Origin: Vicugna vicugna
Taxonomy: Eukaryota
Assembly (NCBI GenBank): GCA_013265495.1
Contig: MU058221.1
Span: forward strand, 2,108,001-2,172,000
Length of the DNA: 64,000 nt
Reading direction: 5' to 3'
Shown: piece after piece, positions 37,365 through 49,315 of the stretch
How the letters are laid out: every line of letters starts with the position of its first letter
Position numbering within the stretch: position 1 is the first letter of the stretch
Made by a program: the position numbers and the translations under genes
The notes under the pieces: generated by a model
What the model saw: the letters and a program-made list of their open reading frames with translations, nothing else
Databases searched by the model: none
What the model was told of the DNA's origin: nothing

Positions 37365-38408
37365 ATTTCTGCCTCGCCTTTTCATTTTCTTTACAGTGTC
37401 TCTCAAAGAGGAGACATTTTTGTTTTGATAAAGTCCAGCTTGTCAATTTTAATTGTTATGGATCATGATTTTGGTTTTGTATGTAAGAAATCTTTGCGTA
37501 ACCCAGGGTCACATCAGTTTTATCCCCCCCCCCTTTGTTTAAGAAGCTTTATACTTTGAGGCTTTACATTTGGGTCTTTATTCACTTTGAGCTGATTTGC
37601 ATATGTGGGCGAGGTGGAAATCAAGGTTATTTTTTTAAGCATATGGATGCCTGTTTGTGCCAGCATCCTTTTTTTAAAAGGCTGTCCTTTCCCCATGGCA
37701 TTGCCTTTGCACCCGTGACAAAAACCACTTACTCGTGTGTGTGGTATGTGTCTGTATGCAGTGATTCTTGTATCTTTGTAACAAATCTTGATATCAAATA
37801 GTGTGAATTTTCCAACTTTATCTATTTTTCGAAGTTTTTGGATATTCAAGTTCCTTTATTTTCTGTATAGTTTTATGAATCAGCTTTTTAAATTAAACAT
37901 ACATTTTTGCTGGAATTCAGACTGGGATTGTGTTGAATCTGTGGGTATTCTGGGTAGAGCTGGCATCTTAACATTGTTGAGACTTCCAGCCTGTGAAAAT
38001 GGTATATTTTTCAATTTATTTAGATCTTTTAAAATTTCTCATCAGTTTTCAACATATAGATCTTGTAGGTATTTCATTATATTTATCCCTAAGTATTTTT
38101 TCATGCTCATTGAAAAATGGTACTTTTAAAACATCTCATTGTCCAGTTGTTCATTGCTATTGTAGATTTGTGTGTGTGTGTGTTTGTGAATTGACCTTAT
38201 ATCCTGTGACCTACTAAACTCATTCATTAGTTCTAGCAGACACCTATGTTTTATTTGAATAGACATAGTTTTATTTATGCCTTCTGTATTCTTTTCTGTT
38301 CTTATTCTTGCCTTATTGCACTGGCTCGGACTTCTGTTATGATGGTGAATAGGGGAGACAAGCGAAGTCATCTTTGCCCTGTTCCTGATGTTAGGGGAAA
38401 AGCATGCG
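37365..38408 (-). mobile_element. Old L1M ORF2 fragment
   Basis: ccagcatcctttttttaaaaggctgtccttttccccatggcattgcctttgcacc..gggattgtgttgaatctg..catctttgccctgttcctgatgttaggggaaaagc; ORF 38126..38371(-) is L1-like (CLLELMNEFS). Confidence 0.85.
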
Positions 38409-38589
38409 GTCTGTTGGCTGGAGGAAGATAGGATGGGTTGGTCACCCTAAGCTTCACAAGCCAGCTCTTCTCTCTCCAAAATCGCTTTTCACTCCTTTCC
38501 CACCAGTGCTGATTCTGAGAGCACCCAGTGCCTAACTTCCTTCATGCTAACCTCTGTCCCGGCACCTTACCGCATCAATAAATAAGAAG

Positions 38590-38990
38590 ATGCAGGGGGG
38601 CCAGCCTGGGAGGCAGTCTCTCTTACTCCATGAGAGATTCGAGAGTGGCAGGCCTAGGGTGGTGGGAGCAGAGGGGGAAGAGAAGTAGACACCATCATGA
38701 TTTATTTTAGAGGTTGAGCTAGCAGCTCAATGATGGATGGAGTTATGGCTCACTGGGGCCTTCTCAGTGTTACGGTCGAACAGCTAAGTGAATTGTGGCA
38801 TCATTTAATGAATGAGGGAGGTAGTGATAATTCAGTATGCCCTCCACTCAGCATGGGATATGTGAGCAGAGATTTCAAGTAGGCATAAAATTCCAGAGCT
38901 CTGGAGAAGCCTGGAGAAGTGTACAGGCTTGAGAAACAGAGACACCCCGGTCCAGCCAAAGCCCCAGGAGTAGGTGGGATCCCCAGAGGA
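38590..38990 (-). mobile_element. L2 fragment
   Basis: gatgcaggggggccagcctgggaggcag..ggcctagggtggtgggagcagagggggaagagaagtagac..ttattttagaggttgagc. Confidence 0.6.
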
Positions 38991-39102
38991 GCGTGCGGGG
39001 AACGGTTGGTGCTGAAGCCTTCCTGGGCTTCAAGCCCCTCTGAGACTCTGCTGAGGCTTAAAACTCTCTTTTTAGAAAAAAGCACGTTCTTACAGATACT
39101 TC

Positions 39103-39541
39103 TGTGTTAGTTTCTTAGGGCTTCTGTGACAAAGCGACACAAACCGGGTGGCTTAGAACAGCAGAGGTACGTAGTCTCTAGTCCTGGAGGCTGGCAGTGC
39201 GAAATCAAGGTGTTGGCGGTGCCGCGCTCCCTCTGAGATCTTCACAGGAAGCTGCCCCGGCCTCTTCTGTCTTGCGGTGGCTGTCAGGCCTGGACATCTT
39301 TGGCTTACGACCGCATCGCTCCCGTCTCTGCTGCGGTTGTCACGCGTGCTCTGCTCCCTGTGTGCCTCTGTCCCTTTCTTCTCACGACAGTAGTCACATT
39401 GATTAAGGGCCCCCCTGCTCTGGTGCGACCTTAGCTTAGCTAAGAATGTCTGCAGTAACTGCTTTTAATAAAGCCACATGCCGAGGAGGCTTGGCTTCAA
39501 CGTGCTCTTTGGGTTTTTTTGGCGGGACACAACCCGTAACA
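39103..39541 (-). mobile_element. MLT1B/C-type MaLR solo LTR
   Basis: tgtgttagtttcttagggcttctgtgacaaag..cacaaaccgggtggcttagaacagcaga..ctggaggctggcag..gaaatcaaggtgttggc..gggacacaacccgtaaca. Confidence 0.88.
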
Positions 39542-39544
39542 GCC

Positions 39545-40450
39545 TCAGACCCTCGTGAGGACTCAGAAACCGCCTGGCGCCCCGCCTCCGGGGTTACGGC
39601 AACAGGACAACGGAGGACTCACCGGCGTTTGGAGCGCGGGCTCAGGAAGGGGCGGGGCGAGGAGCGCGGGGAGAGGCACGAGCGCAGCGCGAGTCCCCCT
39701 TCAGGGCGGCCAAGGAAGACGAGATGGGCGCAGCCCTCCCGGGAGAGCTCTAGGAAGAGCCCCCGGCAGCCAGCGAGCCAGCGTGCTCGCCCGCCCGCCC
39801 GCAGCAGCCCCGGGGCCGCCGCCGATGCGAGCAGGAGGGTCGTGTTCCGGGCGTGTGGGGACGTCGGGCACTTCCCGAGCCCCCTTCACGCACCGGCTCA
39901 TTGCGCCCTCGCGGCCGTTGTCTCCTTATCCCCGTCTTATACAGGGGGAAGCTGGAGCTCAAATAGCGTCCTTCCCGTGACACCGCAGCCGGCGGAAGAA
40001 ATCCGAAGCCGTCGCGTGTCTGAGTCGTGCCTTTTGTCTCTGCCTGTCTGCACCGCGCCGTTCTTCTCCGCTTCGGTCGTTAAGGAAACCCTCGCGTCGT
40101 CTGAGTGCTTTTTAAAATGAAATCAGATCATCTCTTCATCTCGTTTCATGGATTGAGTGGATTCATAGTCCTGATGATCCAAACCAGGAAATGGAGAGGA
40201 GCCTTTCTTGCCGTTTTTAAAGTTAAGTCGGTGACCAAATGCCGGTCCAGACCTGCCAGTGGTCCTGCCCGGCCCGTGGGACGGGAAGGGCTGTGATCAG
40301 GCTGCTGGCGACACTCGCAGCCTCGTGTCCTGCGGCGCCCGTGCTGCGCGTTGCTCCTCTGGCAGTACCGTGACCGCCGCGTCCTGGGTCTCGCCCCTTG
40401 CCTGTGCTCTGTCTGCCATGGGTTTTCCTCTTGGCGACGGTGACCTCCCT
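39545..40450. promoter_or_regulatory. Intronic CpG-island-like GC-rich segment
   Basis: Dense CpG and high GC over ~0.9 kb, with a GC box ggggcggggcg near 39648. Function not demonstrated. Confidence 0.5.
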
Positions 40451-41324
40451 TGTATGTCAGCACCCAACTCACAGTCACCGTCTCCTGTGAGATCTTTTAT
40501 GAGGTCGTGTGTGGACCACCCAAGGCAAAACCAAATGAGCAGTGCCTGAGCTTTGCCTTCAACACGCGTTTGATTTTGCTGAGGTCTGAGGATGAGAAAG
40601 GGCCAGGAGGCAGACAGGTAGCTTTAGAATAAAGGACAGAGTGATGCTGACAATGGGTTGTTACAGGGTTTGAAGAAAGGAGAGAAAGCATCCAGCTGGA
40701 GGGCCACTCACTCAAAATCGTATCACACCGTCAATATAAACCGCCTTTCTCTCATGACGGGAACTTCCGAAGATACATGACGAAGAATCTCGCTGTTCTA
40801 ACAGAGCCACATTTACCCCTTGCATTTGTGGCTTCAGGTTTTAATTTGCTCTTTTCCGTAAGCCTCGTGAGCTCCTAGGTTATTTGTATAGTTCTTAGCT
40901 GCTCTTTATTTATTTTCCTGTGTGCACTTTACCTTAAACACAATGCCTGCAGTTACAGAACCAGAGCGGATGACAGCGGATTTCATTAAGAAGTTTACTT
41001 TTTGTTTACTTTCACATTATTTATTTTTTCATAAGTTAGTAGTACTTAAGATAGATTCTAAATACCTGAATGATCATGCTTGCTGTTTTCCTTGAATAGA
41101 TATTGTGAGTTTTTTTTTTTCTAAATGACTGTTAGTGATGTGATTTGAGGTAAGACCAGGGACCCCCCAAACTCTAGAATCTTGAAACTTCAGTACCTTT
41201 GTTGTCCGCCTTCTCCTCGAGGCAAGTTATTTGAAAGGTTTTTTGTTCGTTTTTTGTTTGTAGGTTTTGTTAACAGCTTTGCTGCAAATTTTGTGTCACA
41301 TACTTGAGGATTTGAGATACAGTA

Positions 41325-41378
41325 ACAGATATAGACAGACAGACAGACAGATGGATACATAGATAGACAGACAGACAG
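41325..41378 (+). repeat. (GACA/GATA)n compound tetranucleotide repeat
   Basis: agacagacagacagacagatggatacatagatagacagacagacag. Confidence 0.85.
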
Positions 41379-43249
41379 GGAGCACTGATTGCAAGCCGAC
41401 GCAACAAACAGAGTGCTGACCACAAATAAAACAAAGCAAACAGCCAAGCACCGTTTCGGTTCTGTCTCCTGTTTGTCCCCCATCCTCATGACTGCACAGA
41501 GCTCCCCCTCCTGTGCTCCGCGGCTTCCTGTGTGTACTGCTGTTAGGCCAACTGAGACGGTCTCTTAACAACTATTTACTTCCTCGTTCCCTTCTCCGCC
41601 CCCGCCCCCTAAGCCCTAGAATGCGGAAACCACCTGTACTTTGCTGCGTCCTTAGCCCTGTGCCCGGGGTGACCAGCCTCGAGCCCGGGAAGGCCCGGGG
41701 TTCTCTCTGCGTTGTGTCTCTTAAGGGCTGGAGTATCCGCGTGGCTTAAGAACATCAGGAAAAATGACAGCTTCCACTGAGGTTTTAAGAACTTCGAACG
41801 GAAGACAGAACACTTCCAAAACTAAACTGGAATTCAGTCGGAAAAGTCATTGCAGTGCCACACAGTCGGTCAAAGGCCTTCGATTGTTTCCAGCAGTGAA
41901 GGCCGATGCCGCTGGCCCGTGGTGTGTCACTTCCTTTTCCACGTGCATCACCACTCTGTGAACTCGCTGGGAAATCTGATTCACATACTATGTGTACATT
42001 TCTCTTTTTCTCAGCACATCTGGAATGTTCATCTTGATTCACACGTTGCACACAAATGAGGTTTATTTCCCAAAGTGGAAGTTCGGTTACCAGGAGGCAC
42101 GAGGCCTGTAGCAGGCACCAGGCTCAAACGTGACAGATGGAAGGTGCAGATTTCCCACTTGGCTGAAGTCCTCATCTTGGGAACGTCTTCAGTTTGCTCC
42201 TAACGGTTGAAAACATCTGAATCTTTTAGTCCCAGCTTGCCTGGAGTCACGGTGATGTGTGTGTTTTAAATTTTCAGTATATGCATATATAAACTCAACA
42301 AATTATAGCCATTGTTCTCGTAATGTTATTATTAAGGGAAGGAGGAGAAAGGAAGGAAAGTTTTGAAATTCACTGTATTTATTGTGAAGCATCTCTGAGA
42401 AGTTTATATACACCCCTCTGTGAACGTCCATAAATCTCACGTTCTTCAAAATGCGATGACTTGTGCTGGGAGATGCTGCTTAGCTGCAAAGCTGTAATTT
42501 AGCCACAGACCCCTCTTCCCCCATTCAGTATTTATTTATCTTTATTTCCCAGTACTGACGGCAGTCCTGGGTTATGGACGCAGGTGTCCTGCCGAGGACA
42601 AGGGGACCCGCTGACTGGCACCTGCCGAAGCTGATGCTAGGACCCCCAGCTCAAAATACGCTTCCCTTAAAATCACATGAGAAAGGATTTTTCCAAACGG
42701 AAATCCTGTAGAAAATTGTCAGTGGTGTTATTGTATCTTACGTGTTTCCTAGAGCGTCGGTTCCATTGCGGTTATTCAGTTCGTGTCTTCACAGGGTTCT
42801 CCTAGCAGTAAGAGAACATGAGCAAAACAAATCTCATAGAAATGGCGCAAAAACTGGAAACTAAACATTTTAAGGATACCCCATACTTTTCTTTAAGAAA
42901 AACAAAACAAATGCAAGTTGGTGTGAACTAGTACACCACCCATAAGGTGAAGAAAGTCCATTTATCCATCCACCTGTTGTGCTTTGATTGCCTTTAGATG
43001 TGGAACACTTTTTATCAAATGATGAGGGAAAAACAGAATTACCTTATGCATGAAACTCGTTGAACAGGAGATGTAAAAAAAATGAGGAATAAAAGAAAGC
43101 AGAAGGTGCATGCTATGCTGCACGCCGGATACTGAGGAAGGAAGCGATGTGTGTCGTCTTCCTGGAAGGACGCGTTGTGCATGTCGTCATCGACAGAGGT
43201 AACAGATGCGAGGGACAGAGAGGAGCCCAGCGGGCTTGTCCCAATACAG

Positions 43250-43900
43250 GACAACGGGGCACGGGAGGATGGCTGTGTCCCGGGTCTTGGGCGAGTCCCT
43301 GCGGTGCGACCCATCAGGGGAGAGCCCCTGTCACCAGTGGAGTTCAAGGGCGAGCCGCAGTAGAGTAGAAGGAGAGCTTCTCAGAGAGATGCCCGCTCCG
43401 TGGGAGTGCGGGGAGGCCGCGAGGTGTGGGGCTGGCGTTTCGTTTAAGGTAAAGGTAGACGCACCCTCCATAGACTGAGCGTGGGCCCCCTCGCTCAGGT
43501 GGGAGAGCGGCCACGAGGTGTGGGGCTGGGGGCTTCCTGTGCTGACACGTCGGAGGATTATTCCAAGTATTTGGGGGAAGGGGCGAGGAGTCCCAGAAAC
43601 TGGGCCTCACCCCCTTTCGGCTGTTTATGGTCAACCTCAGAACTGTCATGGCAGTGGTGGGAGTGTTGCTGGCCCTGTGGATGTGTCACAGTGAGAGCAT
43701 CACGATGCCCAAGGCCCACTGGGAGCCAAATCCCCGGCCGTCTCGGGCCTCGAGGTCTCTCAGGAGCTGGACTCTCCGCCATCGTGGTGCCATTGCAGCG
43801 TCATGCCTTTACCGCGGTGGCCGGCCCCCTTCCTTCCTGTCGCAGCGCTGTCGCAGCACCAGAGCCTGCCGCGGGCACCTCCTACCTGGTGTTTCTTCCA
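43250..43900 (-). mobile_element. Probable ERV1-class LTR (GC-shifted)
   Basis: ggagttcaagggcgagcc..attattccaagtatttgggggaaggggcgaggagtcccagaaactgggcc..agaactgtcatggc motifs. Confidence 0.55.
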
Positions 43901-44779
43901 CACCTGCTACGTGGGAGGGTAACTTGGTGTCTGCTAGACTCGGAAGCCGAGAGCTCTGTTACATTTTACAGACTGAAACATAGGCCAAGGACAGCTTGGT
44001 TTACTAAAATCTTGAGGCAGAATGCTTGCTTTCCCTTTTTTCCATTAATTCAATTATGACTTATTCTGCGTGAAGGAGTGTGATGCTCTTGCTAGCCTGG
44101 CTGCTCAGATGCGACACTTCAGGGCAAACGGTCTGCCCGTCCCCTGGCAGCTTTATCTCTGAACGTCACAGTCACACTGACAGGAATTCTTTTGTCAGTT
44201 GGTTGGGTGTTGGTATTTGAGTCCAGTGTTTCTTTTCCTTGGTCCGTGGTTAATAAAAACTTAATGCTTAAGAAACTAATATTATGTTATATTAATTCCC
44301 TACATGTAATAGAAATTTATTGCTTTTTTTTTTCTCCACAAAGTTATTGCAGTAAACTCACTGCACGTTTTCCTGCTAATTTAGTTTAGAGGACAGTTTT
44401 TTTTTATTAATTGAAAACTCTTCTTTATTTAAAGGAAAGGGATTTGAGACTAAGGAAGTACTTCTTTCCACTGTGCAAATCTAAGCATTCACCTTTAGCA
44501 TAAACATCTCGTAGTGCAGCTCCGTGTCAGCCTACAGTTTACACCTCCATCTGTTACTGAAGTGGAGTCCGTGTTAAATGGTGTGACGGCTATAGTAACA
44601 CAGAACGTGCTCCACATCGTCCTCTACGCTGATGCCCACTTTATCCCCAGGTCTGGCTCATTTTGCCCCTGATAGCCCTCGACTCATTCTGCTTTTGTCC
44701 ACCCTCAGCAGATTTGGATCTGTTTCCAAACCATGGCTTGCTCCCTGGTCGCTGCAGGGCCCCTCCCAGGGCTGCCCAC

Positions 44780-45320
44780 CCCCGGCTCAAGCCTCTGTGC
44801 TCTTCCCAGTGCACATTCCCCGTTACCCGGGCTCCCGATTTAAAACATGCCGGGGACTGTCTGCACTTCTAGGTTGGAGACAGAACTCCTGAGTGTGGCC
44901 TGTAAGGCCGTGTGCGACCCGCCTCCTCCCAGTTCCCTGGGACGCATTTCGTGCCCTCCCTCGTCACTCTGCGCACCGTCATCCCTGCTCAGACCCCAGC
45001 CACATGCATCTTCAGTCCCGTGACCGTGGCGGGCTCTCCTCTGCCACAGGCTGGGCTTCTGCCTCCTCCAGTTTTCTCCTCCTCTAGTTTCAGGTGTCAG
45101 TGAAATGTCATTTCCTCAACGAAGACTTTCTTGATGAACTTGACCCCCGTCAAGGCTTCCTTGATGACGTGACTCCTCCCATGATGGCGTACGAGCAGGG
45201 CAGCTTGTCCGCACTGACACGCTCCATTGGTCAGGGCCTGAGCCGTGTCTGTCTGGTTATTTTATTGCCTGAGTGTTGGAACCAGTCAGAAGGATAACAG
45301 GCCATCAATAAATACGTGTT
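44780..45320 (+). mobile_element. L2 3' region
   Basis: aactcctgagtgtggcctgtaaggccgtgtg..ttcaggtgtcagtgaaatgtcatttcctca..gagcagggca..caataaatacgtg. Confidence 0.6.
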
Positions 45321-46689
45321 ACTTCTGCGAATAATGAGAAGGCCTTACGTTTTAAACCTTATGAATAGGAGCTCCTTAAAAGGCAGAACGAAACCATCTC
45401 GCGGAGAACATGTGTGGTCTGTCTCTCTCAGTCCGACAGACAGAGATAAAAGCTTAAATATTCCTGGATTCTGTGGTCAAACTCCTGTTCAGTTGTAACC
45501 CTAAAGAATTTTGTCATTTAGCCAGAAACTAATCATACTTGCCTGATCCTCATGGTGTTGAGATGCTGTTGTGTATCATAGTATATCAGCTACAGAAAAT
45601 AACTACGGAAAACCACATGGAGAATGAAGTTGCTTATCATTTTCAGATGTCCTTCCCCACCCCCGCCCCCCAAACGCCACCAGTTGCTCTGGGTAGATGA
45701 CCACCCTAGGCCCTGGTGTACTTAGTCTTAGGTAGAGAGAATGAAGGTTGTTTACGCCGGAGGATTACATACATAAAGACTTTCTAAGAAGCTAAGATAG
45801 TGGTGAATCCAGGCAGCTGCGTCTGCTCAGGAGAGAAGTCAGAAGCGGCACTTAAAAGAGGGAGAGGAAATGAGATGAGATCTTGCAGAGCATGTGGGCA
45901 GAAATGAAAACAGGCAGAGCCCAGTCTTTATCTTTTCAAGCAATCCCCTGCGCTCCAGCTTCTGAACATCTGAGAGCCCGGGGAACAGCCCCCGCAGCAG
46001 CCCCCACCCCACATCAGCCCCGGAGTCCAGCTTTGACACCGATAGATGTGGTCTTCACTGCTTACTGGTGCCAGGTACGGTCTCTCTGAATTACCCGGAG
46101 GCCAAACACCATCCTCCTTTCTTCTTTCCTTTCCAGTTTATTTTGTAGTTATCGTGCCTCAAAGCATGGGTCACTCTGGTTGGAAATAATCTTCAGTAGC
46201 TTCATGAGCCAATAAATGAGGGCGCCCATGGGCTGCTTTGGGGTCGTAGGGTGATTTTCCAGAGCACCACGATGCATCTTAGAGTGAAACGTCACTTCGA
46301 GAACAGTGCAAACCATGGTGCATGTATCCAGGTCCGAGGTGTGCTCTCCTGTGTTATTTCATGATTGTAAGGGAGCTGATCGCGATGAGAAGAGGGGCGG
46401 AGTTGCTTTTCAGGCAGAAAAAAAGCCTGAGCAGTAAAAGTCTTGAAGAGAAAAGCACTTGGCCAGCTCCAGTAAGTGAAATAGTGCTGCTGTAGCTGCA
46501 GTTGGAGAGACAGCAAGACAGAAACAAAGTGTGGTGGAAGCAGGCAACCGGCACTGAGTCACGCGTCCAGCAAGACAAGGGTTCAGGCTGAGTCCAGTGG
46601 AAGGCACTGCAGGACTTCCGCGTGAGGATGCTTTCAAGTTCCCGGAGGTTATTCTGCCTGCCGTGTTGACAGATGGGTTGGGGGAGACA

Positions 46690-47160
46690 TGGGGAAGCAC
46701 CCGTTGGGATTTTTTAATGCTCTGAGGGAGAGGTGAGGTGGTTCAGGATGATGGCACAGGTGATTAGGGGAAGTCCGGTGTCCATGGAATATGGACGTGG
46801 AGAGGAGAGAGAAAAATAAAAGGTGTTTCCCAGCTACCTGGCTTGAGCAACTGAAGGAGATGGTTGCGCCGTTACTAAAAGGAGGAAGACAAGGTGTGGG
46901 TTAAACCGAGCAGTAGGGGAGAGGGTGGAATGGAGAATTCAGTTTGGGATTAAGATGACTCTATGACACAAAAACGGGGTTATAAAAACGTCACTGGAAG
47001 TAAGAATTTGAAATTACAGACAAGGTAAATGTTGGAGAGAAAAAGTTAGGAGGTATCAGATGAAGATATTAGGGTCACAGGGATGGCCAGGTTGATCTCG
47101 GTAAACAACGTGGACAGAGAGAGATGAAGAAACTTGGACCATACGCTGAGTGTCTCCAAC
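46690..47160 (-). mobile_element. L2 fragment
   Basis: gaggagagagaaaaataaaaggtgtttcccag..tggcttgagcaactgaaggagatggttg..gaattcagtttggga. Confidence 0.6.
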
Positions 47161-48852
47161 ATGTAGAGGGAGACACAGATGCCCATTTCGTATTACTCCG
47201 GATGAATGAGTGATCGCTTTATCACAACGCAATGCTAAAAATACCAGCATATCATTAAATACTACAGTGATGCTGTGTATTACATGGTGTTGTAACATTA
47301 GGCTGAGGTGGAAGAGCCATAGATGCCGTTCCCCACCTCTGTCGTTTTGTTTGGGTCTCTGGATGGAACTCACTTTCCCTAAATATTAAAAAAAAATTTA
47401 TTATGAAATATATCCTAGACACATATAAAAAAGTGACATAGGTGGGTAGCAATGGAAATAATTAGGTGTTGGAAATGCCGGCCCATGTGCTCCTCTGAAT
47501 GTTAGTATCGCCCAGTACAAGGTAAAAAGAAAAAAACACAAAAAACTGATAATTAGTTGAGTCACTCAGCTTTCCTCGGTGACCACTTACACAGCACATT
47601 TCTTCTTTTCATAAATACTATTTTGAGAAATGAAGAATGGAAAACTAAGGGACATGCATGCCCGCAGGAACATTTAATAATGGCCAGGTAAAATTATCCA
47701 GATGCAAAAAGAGAAGTGATGTGTTGGATCAGAGACACGTGTCTGGAGTTTGTCAGAGACAATGTCATGAGAGGCATTTGTTCTCCCTTGTGGCCCAGAC
47801 TCCCCTGCAGGCGCACAGTCCTGGTACATGGGGTAGGGGGCAGTCTCAGGGATCTAAGACGTGGCGGTTTGGCCTCAGCCAGACCTAGTGCTCAGGCCCC
47901 CTGGAGCATGTGGGGCCACTGTCGTCTTTCCACCCGGGTGTCTTCTGGGACCCAGCAAGAAGCAGCGCTCAGACCGCCCCTCGCTGCCACAAGCCGTAAC
48001 GCCGAGGAGCAGGACACTGTGCGTGTGCGTGCGTGCTCCCGTGAGAGGTTCGTGAGACAGATGTCCGCTGTGCCCATGGTCTGCCCGGGAGGGCTCTGCG
48101 CCCACGCTCCTTTCTGACTTCACAAGTACGATCACCTTTAAACACGGTCACAAGGACACGGAATAGAGGCTTACTGGGCATCGAGTGGCACAGTTCCACG
48201 AGAGGAGCTGGATCCCCTCCAGACTCAGGAAGACAATGAGGAGTCAGTAAATTGGCTTCAGGCACCGTTCACTTAATTAAAGACTTCCAGGCTCGTGGCG
48301 TAAAGCCACGTGCCGTTTTTCAAGGCAATTATGTATTTTTTGAGTGTAGGAAAATGAAGCTCAGACTGTTCGGGTAGCTTTAAAATAGTCAACAATTAGA
48401 TTTTAATTGTTTAAAAAGGCAAATAATCGATCAGGACGTCTGGTTGAACACAGCCGTCCAGCAAAGTTGGACAGAGCCTACGTGGCCGGCAGGTGGAAAA
48501 ACCCACAAGGAGGCTTTGCAGGCACAGGAGTGTGGGGAGCCGTCTCTCTGAGGCCAAAATACAAACTGACAGACGTTTCACACGAAGGGCGGTGAACTTG
48601 CATCTGAATAATGACCACGTCGTGTGCCGGGTGGAACGGTGTGTCGTGTACCCGAAGAGCCGGCTGCAGTCAGAAGCGGTCTTCACAGCCAGCGGTCCAC
48701 GTACGCCCTTCGTCTAAAGAAGCAGCTCTGTTGATAGCCCGGAAAGGAATGTTGTTCTATACTTTGGGGCATAACTGTGATTTTTTGAGCCTTACGTTTT
48801 AACAAGAGATACAGTACTTCATAGAAGCCGAGGAATAAGGGGGGAAGAAAGG

Positions 48853-49315
48853 CTCTCCATCCTGTCCTCTTTAGTGGCTGCACCAATTCACAGGCCCCCC
48901 AGCAGTGCACGAGGGTTCCCTTTTGCCCACACCCTCCTCAGCGCTTCTTATCTGTCGCGTTGTCTTTTTGGTAACAGCCATTCTGACGGACGCCAGGTGA
49001 TGCCTCACTGTGGTTTTGACTTGCGTTTCCCCGATGTTAGCGACACTGAGCGTCTTTTCGTGCGCCTGTTGTCCACCTGTATGTCTTTTTTTGGGAAAAT
49101 ACCTTCAAAGGCAAAGAAACAGACCAAGTCATAGAAAAAGAGATCAGACTTGTGGTTGCCAGGGTGGGGGACGGGAGCGGGAATTGGGCGAAAGCAGCCA
49201 GAAACTTCCAGTTATAAACTAGACATGAGGGGTGCACGTGAGGAATGTAGTTAAACCTGCTGCAGATTGAATACATGGCAGTTGTCCAGAGAGTAAGTCC
49301 CAGGAGTCCTCATCG
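48853..49315. mobile_element. L1 with inverted 5' part: minus-strand ORF2 piece (48853-49100) plus plus-strand L1MA-type 3' UTR (49105-49315)
   Basis: agtggctgcaccaatt..gagggttccctttt..cagccattctgac..tgtggttttgacttgc (minus strand), then atagaaaaagagatcagacttgtggttgccagg..aaacttccagttataa..agagagtaagtcc (plus strand). Confidence 0.75.

Noticed and set aside
39446..40120. 224-aa ORF, the longest in the track
   Set aside because: Low-complexity Arg/Pro/Ser/Ala product from GC-rich, stop-poor DNA that overlaps LTR and MIR remnants; no recognisable domain.
43481..44059. 192-aa ORF
   Set aside because: Lies in a GC-shifted LTR-like sequence; no gag/pol/env or cellular motif.
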